NCBI GenBank assembly: GCA_963737655.1
Contig: CAVTTN010000002.1
Location: 64,001 to 128,000, forward strand
Direction of reading: 5' to 3'
DNA length: 64,000 bases
Source of the DNA: an uncultured Planctomycetota bacterium
Lineage (GTDB): Bacteria > Planctomycetota > Planctomycetia > Isosphaerales > Isosphaeraceae
Part shown: positions 10,502 to 20,058 of the stretch, one piece after another
How the letters are laid out: the number at the start of each line of letters is the position of its first letter
How positions within the stretch are numbered: position 1 is the first letter of the stretch
Notes under the pieces: generated by a model
The model's database searches: none
What the model was told of the DNA's origin: nothing
The model's input: the letters and a program-made list of their open reading frames with translations, nothing else
Made by a program: the position numbers and the translations under genes

Positions 10502-11791
10502 TCACGATTGGTGGACGTTCTGCGGTCGAGACGATGGAGTGGCCCTCTCGGCCGGATCGCTCCGCCAGCCGGCGACCGCCCGGATCGAACCTCGGGCCCG
10601 GGAGAGCCACGACGCGAGCCGCCAGGCCGAGCTCGCCCGGATCGATCGGAGCTGGGTCTCCGCCGATTCGAGCCGGTCCCAGAGGTGCTGGGAGACCCTC
10701 TCTCTGGCATCGAGTTCCGCCCGGAGGACCCGGCGGTCTTCCTGATCGGCCTGCTCGCGATCCCCGATCCTCCAGATCGTTTCGAGGTGCTGCTCGCGGA
10801 GTGCCCGGAGGTCGTTGGCGGCCTGGAGGGCGAGGTCCTCGGCGACGGCGAGCCGGCCTTCGAGAGCGGCGATCGTCGCCTCCCGGTCGTCGAGGTCGGC
10901 CCGGGCCCGTTCGAGGCTCCGATCCCTCTCGTGAACCGTCGAGGCGGCGATCCGGGTCTGGTCCCGGCTGGCCGCCAGCTCGGTTCGGAGGGCCGAGATC
11001 GCCGAATCCGTCTCGGCGAGGGCCGCGGCGGAGAGGGCCGCCTGGTTCTCCATCGCGCCGATCCGGGCCACGCCCTCGGCGACCCGGCGATCCGCCTCGA
11101 TCAGGAGGTTCTGGTGCTCGACGAGCGATTCGCGGGCCCCGAGGTTGTCCTGCCAGAGCTTCCAGAACCGCCGCTCGTAGGCCGCGACGACCCGGGGGAT
11201 CGGGTCTCGGGCCTTGCGGAACCGGGTGGCCCATCGCGTGATGAAGCTGGCGTCGAAGTCCACGTCGCGGAAGAACCCGTGGCGGGCGAACAGCTCCGCC
11301 CAGTACTCCGGGGGCTGGACGTTGAAGTGGCTCGCTTCCTTGTAGTCGAACGGGGTGGACGAGAAGACGATGTCGTCGGCCAGGGCGCAGAAGTTGGCGA
11401 TGGCGGCCTCGGCCTGCTCGGGCGGGAGATGCTCCAGGACCTCGATGGTCACCAGGAGGTCGAATCGCTCGTCGGGCAGGGGGTCGGTGATCGAGTGGAC
11501 CCGGCAGAACGGGCGGATTCGTTCGTGGGCCCGGGAGATCGCGTATTCGGAGATGTCGATCCCGAAGGCCGCGACGTCGCGATCGCGGAGGCTCTCGACG
11601 AGGATGCCCATCGCGCATCCGGCGTCTAGGACGGTCCGGGGCGCGATGTCGCGGACGATCCTCTCGGCGATCCCTCCGAAGAAGGCCATCCAGTGGGGGT
11701 CTCGGCCGTAGGGAAGGCCGCAGCAGTGCTCGAAGTAGTAGGCGCCGTAATGGCACGGTTCGGCGTCCCGTCGTTCCCCGTCGTCGTCCAT
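10502..11791 (-). CDS. Class I SAM methyltransferase with long C-terminal coiled coil (glycan-capping, WbdD-like architecture)
   Basis: VLDAGCAMG, GIDISEYA and EVLEHL, followed by ~190 aa of heptad-rich sequence ending in SSAWRL. Confidence 0.8.
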   Translation of the reverse strand: MDDDGERRDAEPCHYGAYYFEHCCGLPYGRDPHWMAFFGGIAERIVRDIAPRTVLDAGCAMGILVESLRDRDVAAFGIDISEYAISRAHERIRPFCRVHSITDPLPDERFDLLVTIEVLEHLPPEQAEAAIANFCALADDIVFSSTPFDYKEASHFNVQPPEYWAELFARHGFFRDVDFDASFITRWATRFRKARDPIPRVVAAYERRFWKLWQDNLGARESLVEHQNLLIEADRRVAEGVARIGAMENQAALSAAALAETDSAISALRTELAASRDQTRIAASTVHERDRSLERARADLDDREATIAALEGRLAVAEDLALQAANDLRALREQHLETIWRIGDREQADQEDRRVLRAELDARERVSQHLWDRLESAETQLRSIRASSAWRLASWLSRARGSIRAVAGWRSDPAERATPSSRPQNVHQS

Positions 11792-11978
11792 GACCCTGGC
11801 CTCGCTCGGTCCTTCGCGGATAGGCGGTTCGCAAGGTTGGGCCAGGGGGGCCGCCCTTCCTCGCCATCGATGGCCCTCCGGGCGGGGTCCGTGCCCCGGT
11901 GGAATGGCGATCATCGGCTTGTTTCCTGGTATCGGTCGGGCCCACGGGGGCCCTTTGGCCGGGCGAGCGGCGGACTGC

Positions 11979-14057
11979 TCAATGATCGCGGGTCGCCCGC
12001 GACCGGCCGAAGAGGCGGGGCCGATAGATCGCGCCTGCGTGATCGGCCTGGCCGGGCGCCTGCCCCCGGAGCCTCTTCATCCCGGCCCAGGAACCCAGGA
12101 CGGCGAGCTTCGCCGCCCGGTGGATCGGCCCGAGCCGCTTCAGGCCCGAATTGAGCTTGTCCGCCACCTTGTAGCGGACCGGCTTCGGCGGGAGCGGCAG
12201 CACCACCGGGACCTCGATGATCTGTGGGGGAGGCGCCGGGGGAGCCGGGAGCGCCGGGGCCAGCATCGGCCAGAGGTGGTCCATCGAATGGCTCAGGTAG
12301 CGGACCCTCCAGTACGCGAAGGTCTTGCCGTGCCTCTCGTGGAGGGCCGCCAGCTCGGGCTCCTCGTGGCAATATCCCCGAGACTTCCCCTCGTGATGGA
12401 TGCCCATCAACGTCCCGAAGTAGTAATTGCGATACCCCGCCTCCAGGGCCCGGGCGCACATGTCCACGTCCCCGTAGCCGTTCGGGAAGATCACTTCCTC
12501 CAGGCCGCCGAGTTCCAGGAAGGTCTCTCGCCGGGTCATGGCGCAGGCGAAGGTGACCCCGAAGACCGCGTGCTCGTCGTGGACGAACTCCCGTTGCGTC
12601 CGGGCGTAGCCCATCAGGTTGTAGCCGGACCCGCCGATGAGCTCCAGGATGCGGATCCCTCCGTGCTGGATCTCCCGGCCGTCGGGATAGACGAGCTTGA
12701 TCCCGACGTGCCCGGCGGTCCGGTCGGCCAGGAGCTGCATGGCCATCGTCTGGAGGGCGTCCGGGCTGCGGATCTCGACGTCGTTGTTGAGGAACAGGAG
12801 GAGGTCCTTGCCGTCTCCCCGCTCCGCGATCGCCCGATTGTGGAGCCTGGCGTAGTTGAACGGTCCGTCGTGGGGGAGGATCTCGTAGGAGTTCTTCCGG
12901 GGTTTCTCCAGCCAGGCTTCCAGGGCGGAAATGGTCCCGGGTTCGCTCGATCGATTGTCGATCAGGGCCACGAAGACGTCGAGCTCGTGCCTCTGGGATT
13001 CGAGCGATTCGAGGCACTTGAGGGTCATCGCCGGCTGGTCCTTGAACGGGACCATGATCATCAGCGAAGGCCGTTCCCGGCCCTCGATCGACCTCAGGCG
13101 GATGTTCAGGTGGACCTCGCCCTTCCTGGCCGCCGGCAGGGAGAACTGCGCCCGGGCGTTGGGGTAGGCCAGGGGGACCATCTCGTCCAGGAGCCAGCTT
13201 TGACGCTGGGGGACCTCGGGCTTGGCGTCGAGCGACGAGGAGCAGCTGGTGGGCGTGGCCCTCCAGTAATAGAGGAACAGGGGGACATGGACCGGCCGGA
13301 CCTGGCCGGTCAGGGCGACCCGGAGGTACAGGTCATGGTCCTCGACGCCGTCATACTCGGAGCGGAACACCCGGCCGTCGGAGCGCGCGGCCATGACCAG
13401 ATCGCGGCGGATGGCCGTGAAATGGCAGACGTAATTCACCCGGAGGAGCGTGAAGAGGTCGAACGGAGGCTTGGTGATGAACCCGTACACCCGGGTGGTG
13501 GCGTCGTCGAGCTGGGCCTCGTTGGAGAAGACCAGGTTGGTGTCGGGCTTCGCCGAGATCTGCCGGGCGTAGGTGCTCAGGGCCATCGGGTGGAGCAGGT
13601 CGTCGTGGTCGAGGATGCAGAGGAAGTCGCCGATCGACTGCTCGATGGCGTCGTTCCGGGCGCCGCCGATCCCGACGTTCTCCTCGCGGAGGTAGAGCTT
13701 GATCCGGGAGTCCCGATTGGCCCATTCCCGGGCGACCTCGAAGTGGTCCTGCCTCGGGCTGCCGTCGTCCAGGAGGATCAGCTCCCAGCCGGGATACGCC
13801 TGGAGGCGGACCGAGAGGATCAGCTCCCGGAGGAGCCTGGGCGGCGTGTTGTACATCGGGGTGATCAGCGAGAAGAGCGGGCGGACGGGCAGCTCGGCCA
13901 CCCGGGCGGCCTCGCCTCGCAAGGCCCGGATCAATAGCTGGGGGTCCTGAGGGCCGGCATCGATGACCCACGGGACCGACCGGAGGAAGCGGGTCTCTTC
14001 CGTCTCCACGGTCACCGTGCCGAGGTAATCGCCGACCGGATCGAGGCTCCGGGCCAT
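11979..14057 (-). CDS. Bi-domain family 2 glycosyltransferase
   Basis: First GT2 domain: FSLITPMYN, LDDGS, ARNDAI, LDHDD, EDHDL. Second GT2 domain: IDNRS, FNYARLHN, FLNNDVE, GDVDMC. Confidence 0.9.
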   Translation of the reverse strand: MARSLDPVGDYLGTVTVETEETRFLRSVPWVIDAGPQDPQLLIRALRGEAARVAELPVRPLFSLITPMYNTPPRLLRELILSVRLQAYPGWELILLDDGSPRQDHFEVAREWANRDSRIKLYLREENVGIGGARNDAIEQSIGDFLCILDHDDLLHPMALSTYARQISAKPDTNLVFSNEAQLDDATTRVYGFITKPPFDLFTLLRVNYVCHFTAIRRDLVMAARSDGRVFRSEYDGVEDHDLYLRVALTGQVRPVHVPLFLYYWRATPTSCSSSLDAKPEVPQRQSWLLDEMVPLAYPNARAQFSLPAARKGEVHLNIRLRSIEGRERPSLMIMVPFKDQPAMTLKCLESLESQRHELDVFVALIDNRSSEPGTISALEAWLEKPRKNSYEILPHDGPFNYARLHNRAIAERGDGKDLLLFLNNDVEIRSPDALQTMAMQLLADRTAGHVGIKLVYPDGREIQHGGIRILELIGGSGYNLMGYARTQREFVHDEHAVFGVTFACAMTRRETFLELGGLEEVIFPNGYGDVDMCARALEAGYRNYYFGTLMGIHHEGKSRGYCHEEPELAALHERHGKTFAYWRVRYLSHSMDHLWPMLAPALPAPPAPPPQIIEVPVVLPLPPKPVRYKVADKLNSGLKRLGPIHRAAKLAVLGSWAGMKRLRGQAPGQADHAGAIYRPRLFGRSRATRDH

Positions 14058-14366
14058 CGCACACTCCCTTGTGCACTCGTTCCTGAAAGCCGCCCGTCAC
14101 GTTCCGGGGCGAGGGCGGCGGGATTTCAATCCATCTCTTCGACACCGGCAAGGCCACTTCGCCACGATTGCGCCATCGCGACCGCCAGATTCAAGCCAGG
14201 CCGCAGGACCCGACGATCTTCCCCGGACGAGCGGCCGAGGAATTCTCGCGTTGACGCCCGGCCGATCCCGGCCTAGAAAGGGCCTCTGCGCGGGTCGTGT
14301 CGCGACGAGAACGGTTTCCCCGCCCCCCGACCCTCGGGGGAGGGAAAGGGCAAGGAGGCTCGATCG

Positions 14367-15080
14367 ATGGGTTTGCTGACCAGGCTGATGCCCGCCAAGG
14401 ACCGCGTCCAGGCCGGCTTCGACAAGCTCGGCCCGTGGGTCACCCAGTTCCGGATCAACGGCAAGACTTATGGAGGGAACCAGCCGTTCTACGGCGACCC
14501 CCGCGTCTTGCAGATGTTCAAGTCGTTCTCCAACGTCAAGACGATCCTGGAGCTCGGCAGCCTCGAAGGCGGCCAGTCCTTCGAGCTCGCCCGCCAGAGG
14601 GGCGTGGAGAAGGTCGTCGGCGTCGAGGGCCGTCAGTACAACATCGACAAGGCGAACTTCGTCAAGAAGGTCCTGGAGGTCAAGAACGTCGAGTTCGTCC
14701 TCGGGAACCTGGAAGACGGCCTCAGCCAGTACGGCCAGTTCGACGCCGTGTTCTGCTGCGGCCTGCTCTACCACCTGCCCCGCCCGTGGGTCCTCCTGGA
14801 CGCCTTCCGCGCGGCGGCGCCCCGGCTGGTCCTCAGCACCCACTATTCGCTGGAATCGGGGGTGAAGGAGGTCAACGAAGGGTTCCCCGGCCACTGGTAC
14901 GGCGAATACGGCCACGGCGACCCGCTCAGCGGCCTCTCCCCGCAGTCCTACTGGATCACCCTGGCCTCGATGACCGCCCGGCTCAAGCAGGCCGGCTTCG
15001 AGAACGTCGAGGTGATCTCCGAGGAGCCCCACCCCCACGGGCCCATCCTGCTCCTGACCGCCTGGTCGGGCAAGCCCTGA
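14367..15080 (+). CDS. Class I SAM-dependent methyltransferase
   Basis: ILELGSLEGG, GVEGR and FDAVFCCGLLYHL; strong coding codon bias. Confidence 0.85.
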   Translation: MGLLTRLMPAKDRVQAGFDKLGPWVTQFRINGKTYGGNQPFYGDPRVLQMFKSFSNVKTILELGSLEGGQSFELARQRGVEKVVGVEGRQYNIDKANFVKKVLEVKNVEFVLGNLEDGLSQYGQFDAVFCCGLLYHLPRPWVLLDAFRAAAPRLVLSTHYSLESGVKEVNEGFPGHWYGEYGHGDPLSGLSPQSYWITLASMTARLKQAGFENVEVISEEPHPHGPILLLTAWSGKP

Positions 15081-15405
15081 CCCCGGTTCAGGCGCCCGGC
15101 AGGGCCGGTTCCTTCTCGGCCCGCCTCGGGACGAACACGGGCTCCGGGGACTCGCCCGGAGCCTGCCCTCCCGGGACCCGTCTTCCCCGCTCCGCCCTTC
15201 GGGAATCGAAACGGCACCGGCTCCCGAGCGGTCCCGGTCGTCGCGAGAGACGTGCCGATCGCCGGACGCTTCCGCCTTTCTCGGGGGCATTCCCCCTCGA
15301 CCCGACGCCTAGAATTCCAGGCCGCCGGTCGATCTCGGACAGGGGAACGCGTTCCCCGAGGCCTCGGCCGCGACGAGACCGGCGAGATTCCTGGAGCCGA
15401 CCCCC

Positions 15406-16578
15406 TTGATCCGCCTCCTCTCCTCGACGCGACGCCCGGCCCTCGGGTTGATCCTGGGACTCGGCCTGCTGGCGGTGACCCTCGGCGTCCTGGAGCTCTG
15501 GTTCATCGGCGCCGGACCCCTGGCGAGCCCGCGCCCGCCCGGCGCCGCGGCGGTGATCCCCGGCGCCCTGACCTTCACGGAGTTCGAGACCGGTCCGCCC
15601 TCGAAGGACCCGGTGATCGAGGACTTTCGTCGGGCGTGGACGCCGATCAACACGGCCGGAGACGTCGGCCCCGACGCGTGGAAGTCCCGGATGACGGCCC
15701 TCCACGAGTTCGCCCGGCTGGGGACCGGCTCGATCCCGTCCCTGGTCGAGGGCCTCCACGACCCCGATCCCCAGGTTCGGGCCCTGTGCGCCCAGGGACT
15801 CGGGTACGTCGGCGACGAGACCTCGTCCTCGCTCCTCGATCGAGCCATCCGCGAGGACCCGGACCTCATCGTCCGGGTCTATGCCGCGATCGCCCGGAGC
15901 ATGATCGGGGGGATGGCCCGGGGGCCGGTCTATGAAGACCTGATCCGTCGGGAACCCAACCAGCTCGTCAAGATGAGGCTGGATCTGGCCTTACGGCGAG
16001 GCCCCGCGCCCCGTCCGAACGCCCTGAGAGACGACCTCGCCCACTTCGACCTGGCCCGGATGGGGACGGCCCGACTCGGCGAGATGGCCCCGGACTTCGA
16101 CCTCACCGACCTGGACGGCCGCCACGTCCGTCTGAGCGACTTCCGAGGCAAGAAGGACGTGGCCGTGGTCTTCCTCTACGGCGTGAATTGCATGTTCTGC
16201 ACGGGCCAGATGTCGCGTCTCTTTCACGACCTGGACCGATTCGACGCCGCCAAGGTGCAGGTCCTGATCGTGGAATCCCACGAGCCGTACCGGGTCCGCG
16301 AGACCCTGGGCGGATCGCGGGCCTCGCCCGACCCTCGCCTGCCGATCCTCTGCGACCCATCCCACGTCGTCTCCGCAACTTACGGCGTGGCGTTCCAGAT
16401 GGACCATACCGAGTGGCTGAACCTCCCGTCCACCTTCCTGATCGATCGGCGGGGGGTCGTCCGGAAGATCCACCGATCGGCCACGGTCGCCGATCGCCTC
16501 TGGCCGGATCAGATCCTCGAAGAATGCGCCCGCTGGGAGAAATCCGACGCCTCGGCTCCGGCGTCCAAGGCGCCTTGA
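15406..16578 (+). CDS. Membrane-anchored HEAT-repeat plus peroxiredoxin/redoxin (AhpC/TSA-like) domain protein
   Basis: N-terminal TM. HEAT unit LVEGLHDPDPQVRALCAQGLG. C-terminal APDFDLTDLDGRHVRLSDFRG, CMFC (CxxC) and PSTFLIDRRGVVR. Confidence 0.8.
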   Translation: MIRLLSSTRRPALGLILGLGLLAVTLGVLELWFIGAGPLASPRPPGAAAVIPGALTFTEFETGPPSKDPVIEDFRRAWTPINTAGDVGPDAWKSRMTALHEFARLGTGSIPSLVEGLHDPDPQVRALCAQGLGYVGDETSSSLLDRAIREDPDLIVRVYAAIARSMIGGMARGPVYEDLIRREPNQLVKMRLDLALRRGPAPRPNALRDDLAHFDLARMGTARLGEMAPDFDLTDLDGRHVRLSDFRGKKDVAVVFLYGVNCMFCTGQMSRLFHDLDRFDAAKVQVLIVESHEPYRVRETLGGSRASPDPRLPILCDPSHVVSATYGVAFQMDHTEWLNLPSTFLIDRRGVVRKIHRSATVADRLWPDQILEECARWEKSDASAPASKAP

Positions 16579-16757
16579 TCGGCCCGGGGAGGAATCGTCC
16601 CGGTCGCATCGAACCGCCGGGCTGGGAAGGTCGTTGTCTATAATGGGCACGAGCCTTCCCTTTCCGGGTCCGGCGGGAAGAGGCTTGCTTCAAGCCCGGG
16701 AGACGGCCGGTTGAGACGGCGCTCTCCGGGCGGCCAAGCCGGACGAGGTCGAACATC

Positions 16758-19343
16758 ATGGCGGAACGCGAACTGCTGCCCGTCCTGCCGTTGAGGGGGA
16801 CGGTCATCTTCCCGGAGATCACGGTGCCGATCGCGGCCGGTCGGCCGGGGACGCTCCGGGCCATCGAATCGGCGCTGAAGGCGGACGGCCGGGTCTTCGC
16901 CGTCGCCCAGAGGGACCTTTCCGATGAGCCCGGCCCCGAGGGGCTGTATCCGATCGGCGTGATCGCTCGGATCGGCCAGGTCCAGAGGGGACTTGGCGGC
17001 GTCCAGCTCCTGTTGCAAGGCGAGAGGCGGGCCCAGGCCCTCCATTACCATTCCGGCGAGGCCTTCCTCTCGGCCGACGTGGTCCCGATGGCCGAGATGG
17101 GGCCGATCAACCCGGCCGATCCCGCGTTCGCCGCCCTCTATCGCGAGGCCCGCGAACGGGCGATGGAGCTCGGCGAGAAGCGGGGGATGCCCGAGGAAGT
17201 CCTCCACAACGTCCTGGACAACGTGACCGAGCCCGGCCGGTTCGCGGACCTGGTCGCCGGCTACGTCGAGCTGCCGACGGCCGAGAAGCAGAGCCTCCTG
17301 GAAACCCTGGCCGTCGAGGATCGGCTCCGCCGCGTCCTGGTCCACGTCCAGAGGCAGATCGGGATGATGAATGCCCAGGCCGAGATCAAGTCCCAGGTCC
17401 AGGAAGAACTCGGCGAGCGGCAGCGCGAGATGTACCTCCGCGAGCAGCTCCGGGCGATCCAGAAGGAGCTGGGCGAGGACGATTCGAGCCGGGAGGTCGT
17501 CGATCTCCGCGAGAAGCTGGAGAAGCTCGACCTGCCCAAGGAAGCCCGGGCCGAGGTGGACCGCGAACTCGGCCGCCTGGAGCGATCGGGCCGCGAGTCG
17601 GTCGAGGCCCAGGTCATCCGCACCTACCTCGAATGGGTCGCCGAGCTCCCGTGGAATCGCCGGTCCGACGACGACCTGGACCTGAACCGGGCCGTCACCG
17701 TCCTGGACGAGGACCATTACGGCCTGAACGACGTGAAGGACCGCGTCCTGGAATTCCTGGCGGTCCGTCAGCTTCGGGCCCGGGAACTCGAGCGTGAGGT
17801 GCAGGTCTCGGGCGAAGTCCCGGCCGAGAAATTGAGCGAGGAGAAGGACGCGGCCGCCGTGACCCGGCCCGACGCCCCTTCCGAGGGGAAGCCGATCACC
17901 GACGCGACCGAGGCCAAGGCCCGGGCGATGGCCAAGGGGCCGATCTTGCTGTTCGTCGGCCCTCCCGGCGTGGGCAAGACGTCGATCGCCAAGAGCATCG
18001 CCAGGGCCCTGGGCCGGAAGTACGTCCGGGCCGCCCTGGGAGGGGTCCGCGACGAGGCCGACATCCGCGGGCATCGCCGGACCTACGTCGGCGCGATGCC
18101 CGGGAGGATCATCCAGGGCCTGAAGCAGGCCGGGACCAAGAACCCGGTGTTCCTCCTCGACGAGGTGGACAAGCTCGGCGTGAGCCTCCAGGGCGATCCC
18201 TCCAGCGCCCTGCTCGAAGTCCTCGACCCGGCCCAGAACGACTCGTTCACGGACCATTACCTGAACATCCCGTTCGACCTCAGCGAGGTCCTGTTCATCG
18301 CCACGGCGAACTTCATCCAGAACATCCCCGGCCCGCTGCTGGACCGGATGGAGGTCGTCGATTTCTCCGGCTACACCGAGCGCGAGAAGGCCGAGATCGC
18401 CAAGAAGTACCTGATCCCCAAGGGGATCGAGGAGGCGGGGCTGAAGGACCGGGGGGTCACCTTCACCGACGCGGCCGTGATGTCCCTGGTCAGCCGATAC
18501 ACCCGGGAGAGCGGGGTCCGGCAACTGGAACGGCAGGTCGGCGCGGTGGCGAGGAAGGTCGCGAGGAAGATCGCGGCCGGCGAGCCGATGGACCGGACGA
18601 TCACCCCGGAGGCGGTCCGCGACCTTCTGGGACGGCCGAAGGTCCACCCCGAGCACGCCGCCCCGGTCGACGAGGTGGGCGTGGCCACCGGCATGTATTA
18701 CACCCCGGCCGGCGGCGACATCATGTTCGTCGAGGCCGCCATCCGCCGTCTCGGGCCCTCCGAACCCCGGGCCGAGGGTTCGACGACCGAGGCCGGCTGG
18801 GGCAACGTCGGCCTGATCCTCACCGGCCAGCTCGGCGACGTCATGAAGGAATCCGCGAGGGCCGCCATGACCTACGCCGTGACTCACGCCTCCTCGCTCG
18901 GCATCCCCAACGATCGGCTCGGCTCGATCGAGGCCCACGTCCACGTCCCCGCCGGCGCGATCCCCAAGGACGGGCCGAGCGCGGGAGTCGCGATGGCCAC
19001 GGCCCTGATCTCGGCCATGAGCGGCAGGCCGGTCCGCCGAGACCTGGCCATGACCGGCGAGGTCACGCTCCGGGGCCGTGTCCTGCCGATCGGGGGCGTG
19101 AAGGAAAAGGTCCTCGGCGCCCATCGGGCCGGGATCACCCACGTGATCCTGCCCAGGGACAACGAGGCGGACCTGGACGACGTGCCGCAGGAGGTCCGCG
19201 ACGCCCTGAAGTTCACGTGCGTCTCGAAGCTCGACGAGGTGTTCCCGATCGCCCTGCTCGGCGGGGCGTCAGCGGCGTCCACCGGATCGAACGGCCGATC
19301 GCGAGAAGAAGCCCCCGGAGTGCTCGCGGCCCGAGGGGCGTGA
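16758..19343 (+). CDS. lon: ATP-dependent protease La (Lon)
   Basis: LPVLPLR N-domain, Walker A GPPGVGKT, RGHRRTYVGAMPG, Walker B LLDEVDK, catalytic PKDGPSAG and IGGVKEK. Confidence 0.98.
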   Translation: MAERELLPVLPLRGTVIFPEITVPIAAGRPGTLRAIESALKADGRVFAVAQRDLSDEPGPEGLYPIGVIARIGQVQRGLGGVQLLLQGERRAQALHYHSGEAFLSADVVPMAEMGPINPADPAFAALYREARERAMELGEKRGMPEEVLHNVLDNVTEPGRFADLVAGYVELPTAEKQSLLETLAVEDRLRRVLVHVQRQIGMMNAQAEIKSQVQEELGERQREMYLREQLRAIQKELGEDDSSREVVDLREKLEKLDLPKEARAEVDRELGRLERSGRESVEAQVIRTYLEWVAELPWNRRSDDDLDLNRAVTVLDEDHYGLNDVKDRVLEFLAVRQLRARELEREVQVSGEVPAEKLSEEKDAAAVTRPDAPSEGKPITDATEAKARAMAKGPILLFVGPPGVGKTSIAKSIARALGRKYVRAALGGVRDEADIRGHRRTYVGAMPGRIIQGLKQAGTKNPVFLLDEVDKLGVSLQGDPSSALLEVLDPAQNDSFTDHYLNIPFDLSEVLFIATANFIQNIPGPLLDRMEVVDFSGYTEREKAEIAKKYLIPKGIEEAGLKDRGVTFTDAAVMSLVSRYTRESGVRQLERQVGAVARKVARKIAAGEPMDRTITPEAVRDLLGRPKVHPEHAAPVDEVGVATGMYYTPAGGDIMFVEAAIRRLGPSEPRAEGSTTEAGWGNVGLILTGQLGDVMKESARAAMTYAVTHASSLGIPNDRLGSIEAHVHVPAGAIPKDGPSAGVAMATALISAMSGRPVRRDLAMTGEVTLRGRVLPIGGVKEKVLGAHRAGITHVILPRDNEADLDDVPQEVRDALKFTCVSKLDEVFPIALLGGASAASTGSNGRSREEAPGVLAARGA

Positions 19344-19359
19344 GCGAGCCGGGGCGGTC

Positions 19360-19395
19360 GGGTGGCATGCTTACGTCTTCGTAAGCATGCCACCC
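19360..19395. repeat. Palindromic REP-like element family A, copy 1 (may also act as the lon terminator)
   Basis: Perfect 16-bp inverted repeat GGGTGGCATGCTTACG-tctt-CGTAAGCATGCCACCC; related copy at 21679. Confidence 0.8.
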
Positions 19396-19455
19396 AATCG
19401 AGGTCTCGGGCGAGATCAGAGGAGATCGAACTCGCAGACGGTCACGTCAACACCC

Positions 19456-19516
19456 CGTAGGGCAGGCCTCGGCCTGCCGTCCTCGCGGATCTCGGCAAGC
19501 CGAGGCCTGCCCTACG
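19456..19516. repeat. GTAG-type REP doublet family B, copy 1
   Basis: CGTAGGGCAGGCCTCGGCCTGCCG...CGGCAAGCCGAGGCCTGCCCTACG; related copy at 40558. Confidence 0.8.
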
Positions 19517-19530
19517 AGGATCCAATCCGG

Positions 19531-19654
19531 CTGAGAAATCCGCGTCTAGCACGAGTAGGTCCGACTTCAGTCGGGCCTACAAAACAAGACGTTTTTGTAG
19601 GCCCGACTGAAGTCGGACCTACTCGATTCCTGACTAACCCGGGTTTTTCTACAG
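19531..19654. repeat. GTAG-type REPIN-like element family C, copy 1
   Basis: Inner inverted pair GAGTAGGTCCGACTTCAGTCGGGCCTAC (19553-19624) with degenerate outer inverted flanks; second copy at 47909. Confidence 0.85.
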
Positions 19655-19662
19655 GGTAGCGA

Positions 19663-20058
19663 CTAGAGGATATCGAACTCGCGGACGGTCACGTAAAGCT
19701 CCTGGCAGGTCTCGGCGATCCGGTCGCCGAGGCCCTGGTGCTTGCTCTCCAACTGGGCGGAGTACATGCCCAGGATCTTGCAGAGGAAGGCGGCGTGGCC
19801 GGGCTCGGCCTCGGTGGCGAGGTGGGCCAGCGAATCCTCGATCTGGTCGGCCAGATAGAGGAGGAACTGGGCCTGGCCCTTGACCTCGGCGAGCGATCGG
19901 GCGAGCTCGGGGGAGATCACCCGGAGGGGCGCCGGGCCGGACAGCGAGGCGGACGACGAGAGGGAGGCGGAAGGGGACGAGGCGTCGCGATTCGGGGCGG
20001 TCACGCAGCCGAGCAACGTCGCTCCTCCCCCGCCGAACGGGCGGGGTTCCGGGGTCAT
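19663..20058 (-). CDS. Hypothetical alpha-helical protein (paralog B of a tandem pair)
   Basis: ATG overlaps the upstream TGA (ATGA). Good codon bias. Aligns with the 20055-20390 product. Confidence 0.7.
   Translation of the reverse strand: MTPEPRPFGGGGATLLGCVTAPNRDASSPSASLSSSASLSGPAPLRVISPELARSLAEVKGQAQFLLYLADQIEDSLAHLATEAEPGHAAFLCKILGMYSAQLESKHQGLGDRIAETCQELYVTVREFDIL

Noticed and set aside
14251..14279. Promoter TTGACG-17bp-TAGAAA upstream of the 14367 methyltransferase
   Set aside because: The -10 element lacks the conserved final T; too weak to call.
19360..19654. Possible CRISPR array
   Set aside because: The repeats are inverted palindromes of different families, not direct repeats with unique spacers, and no cas genes are present.
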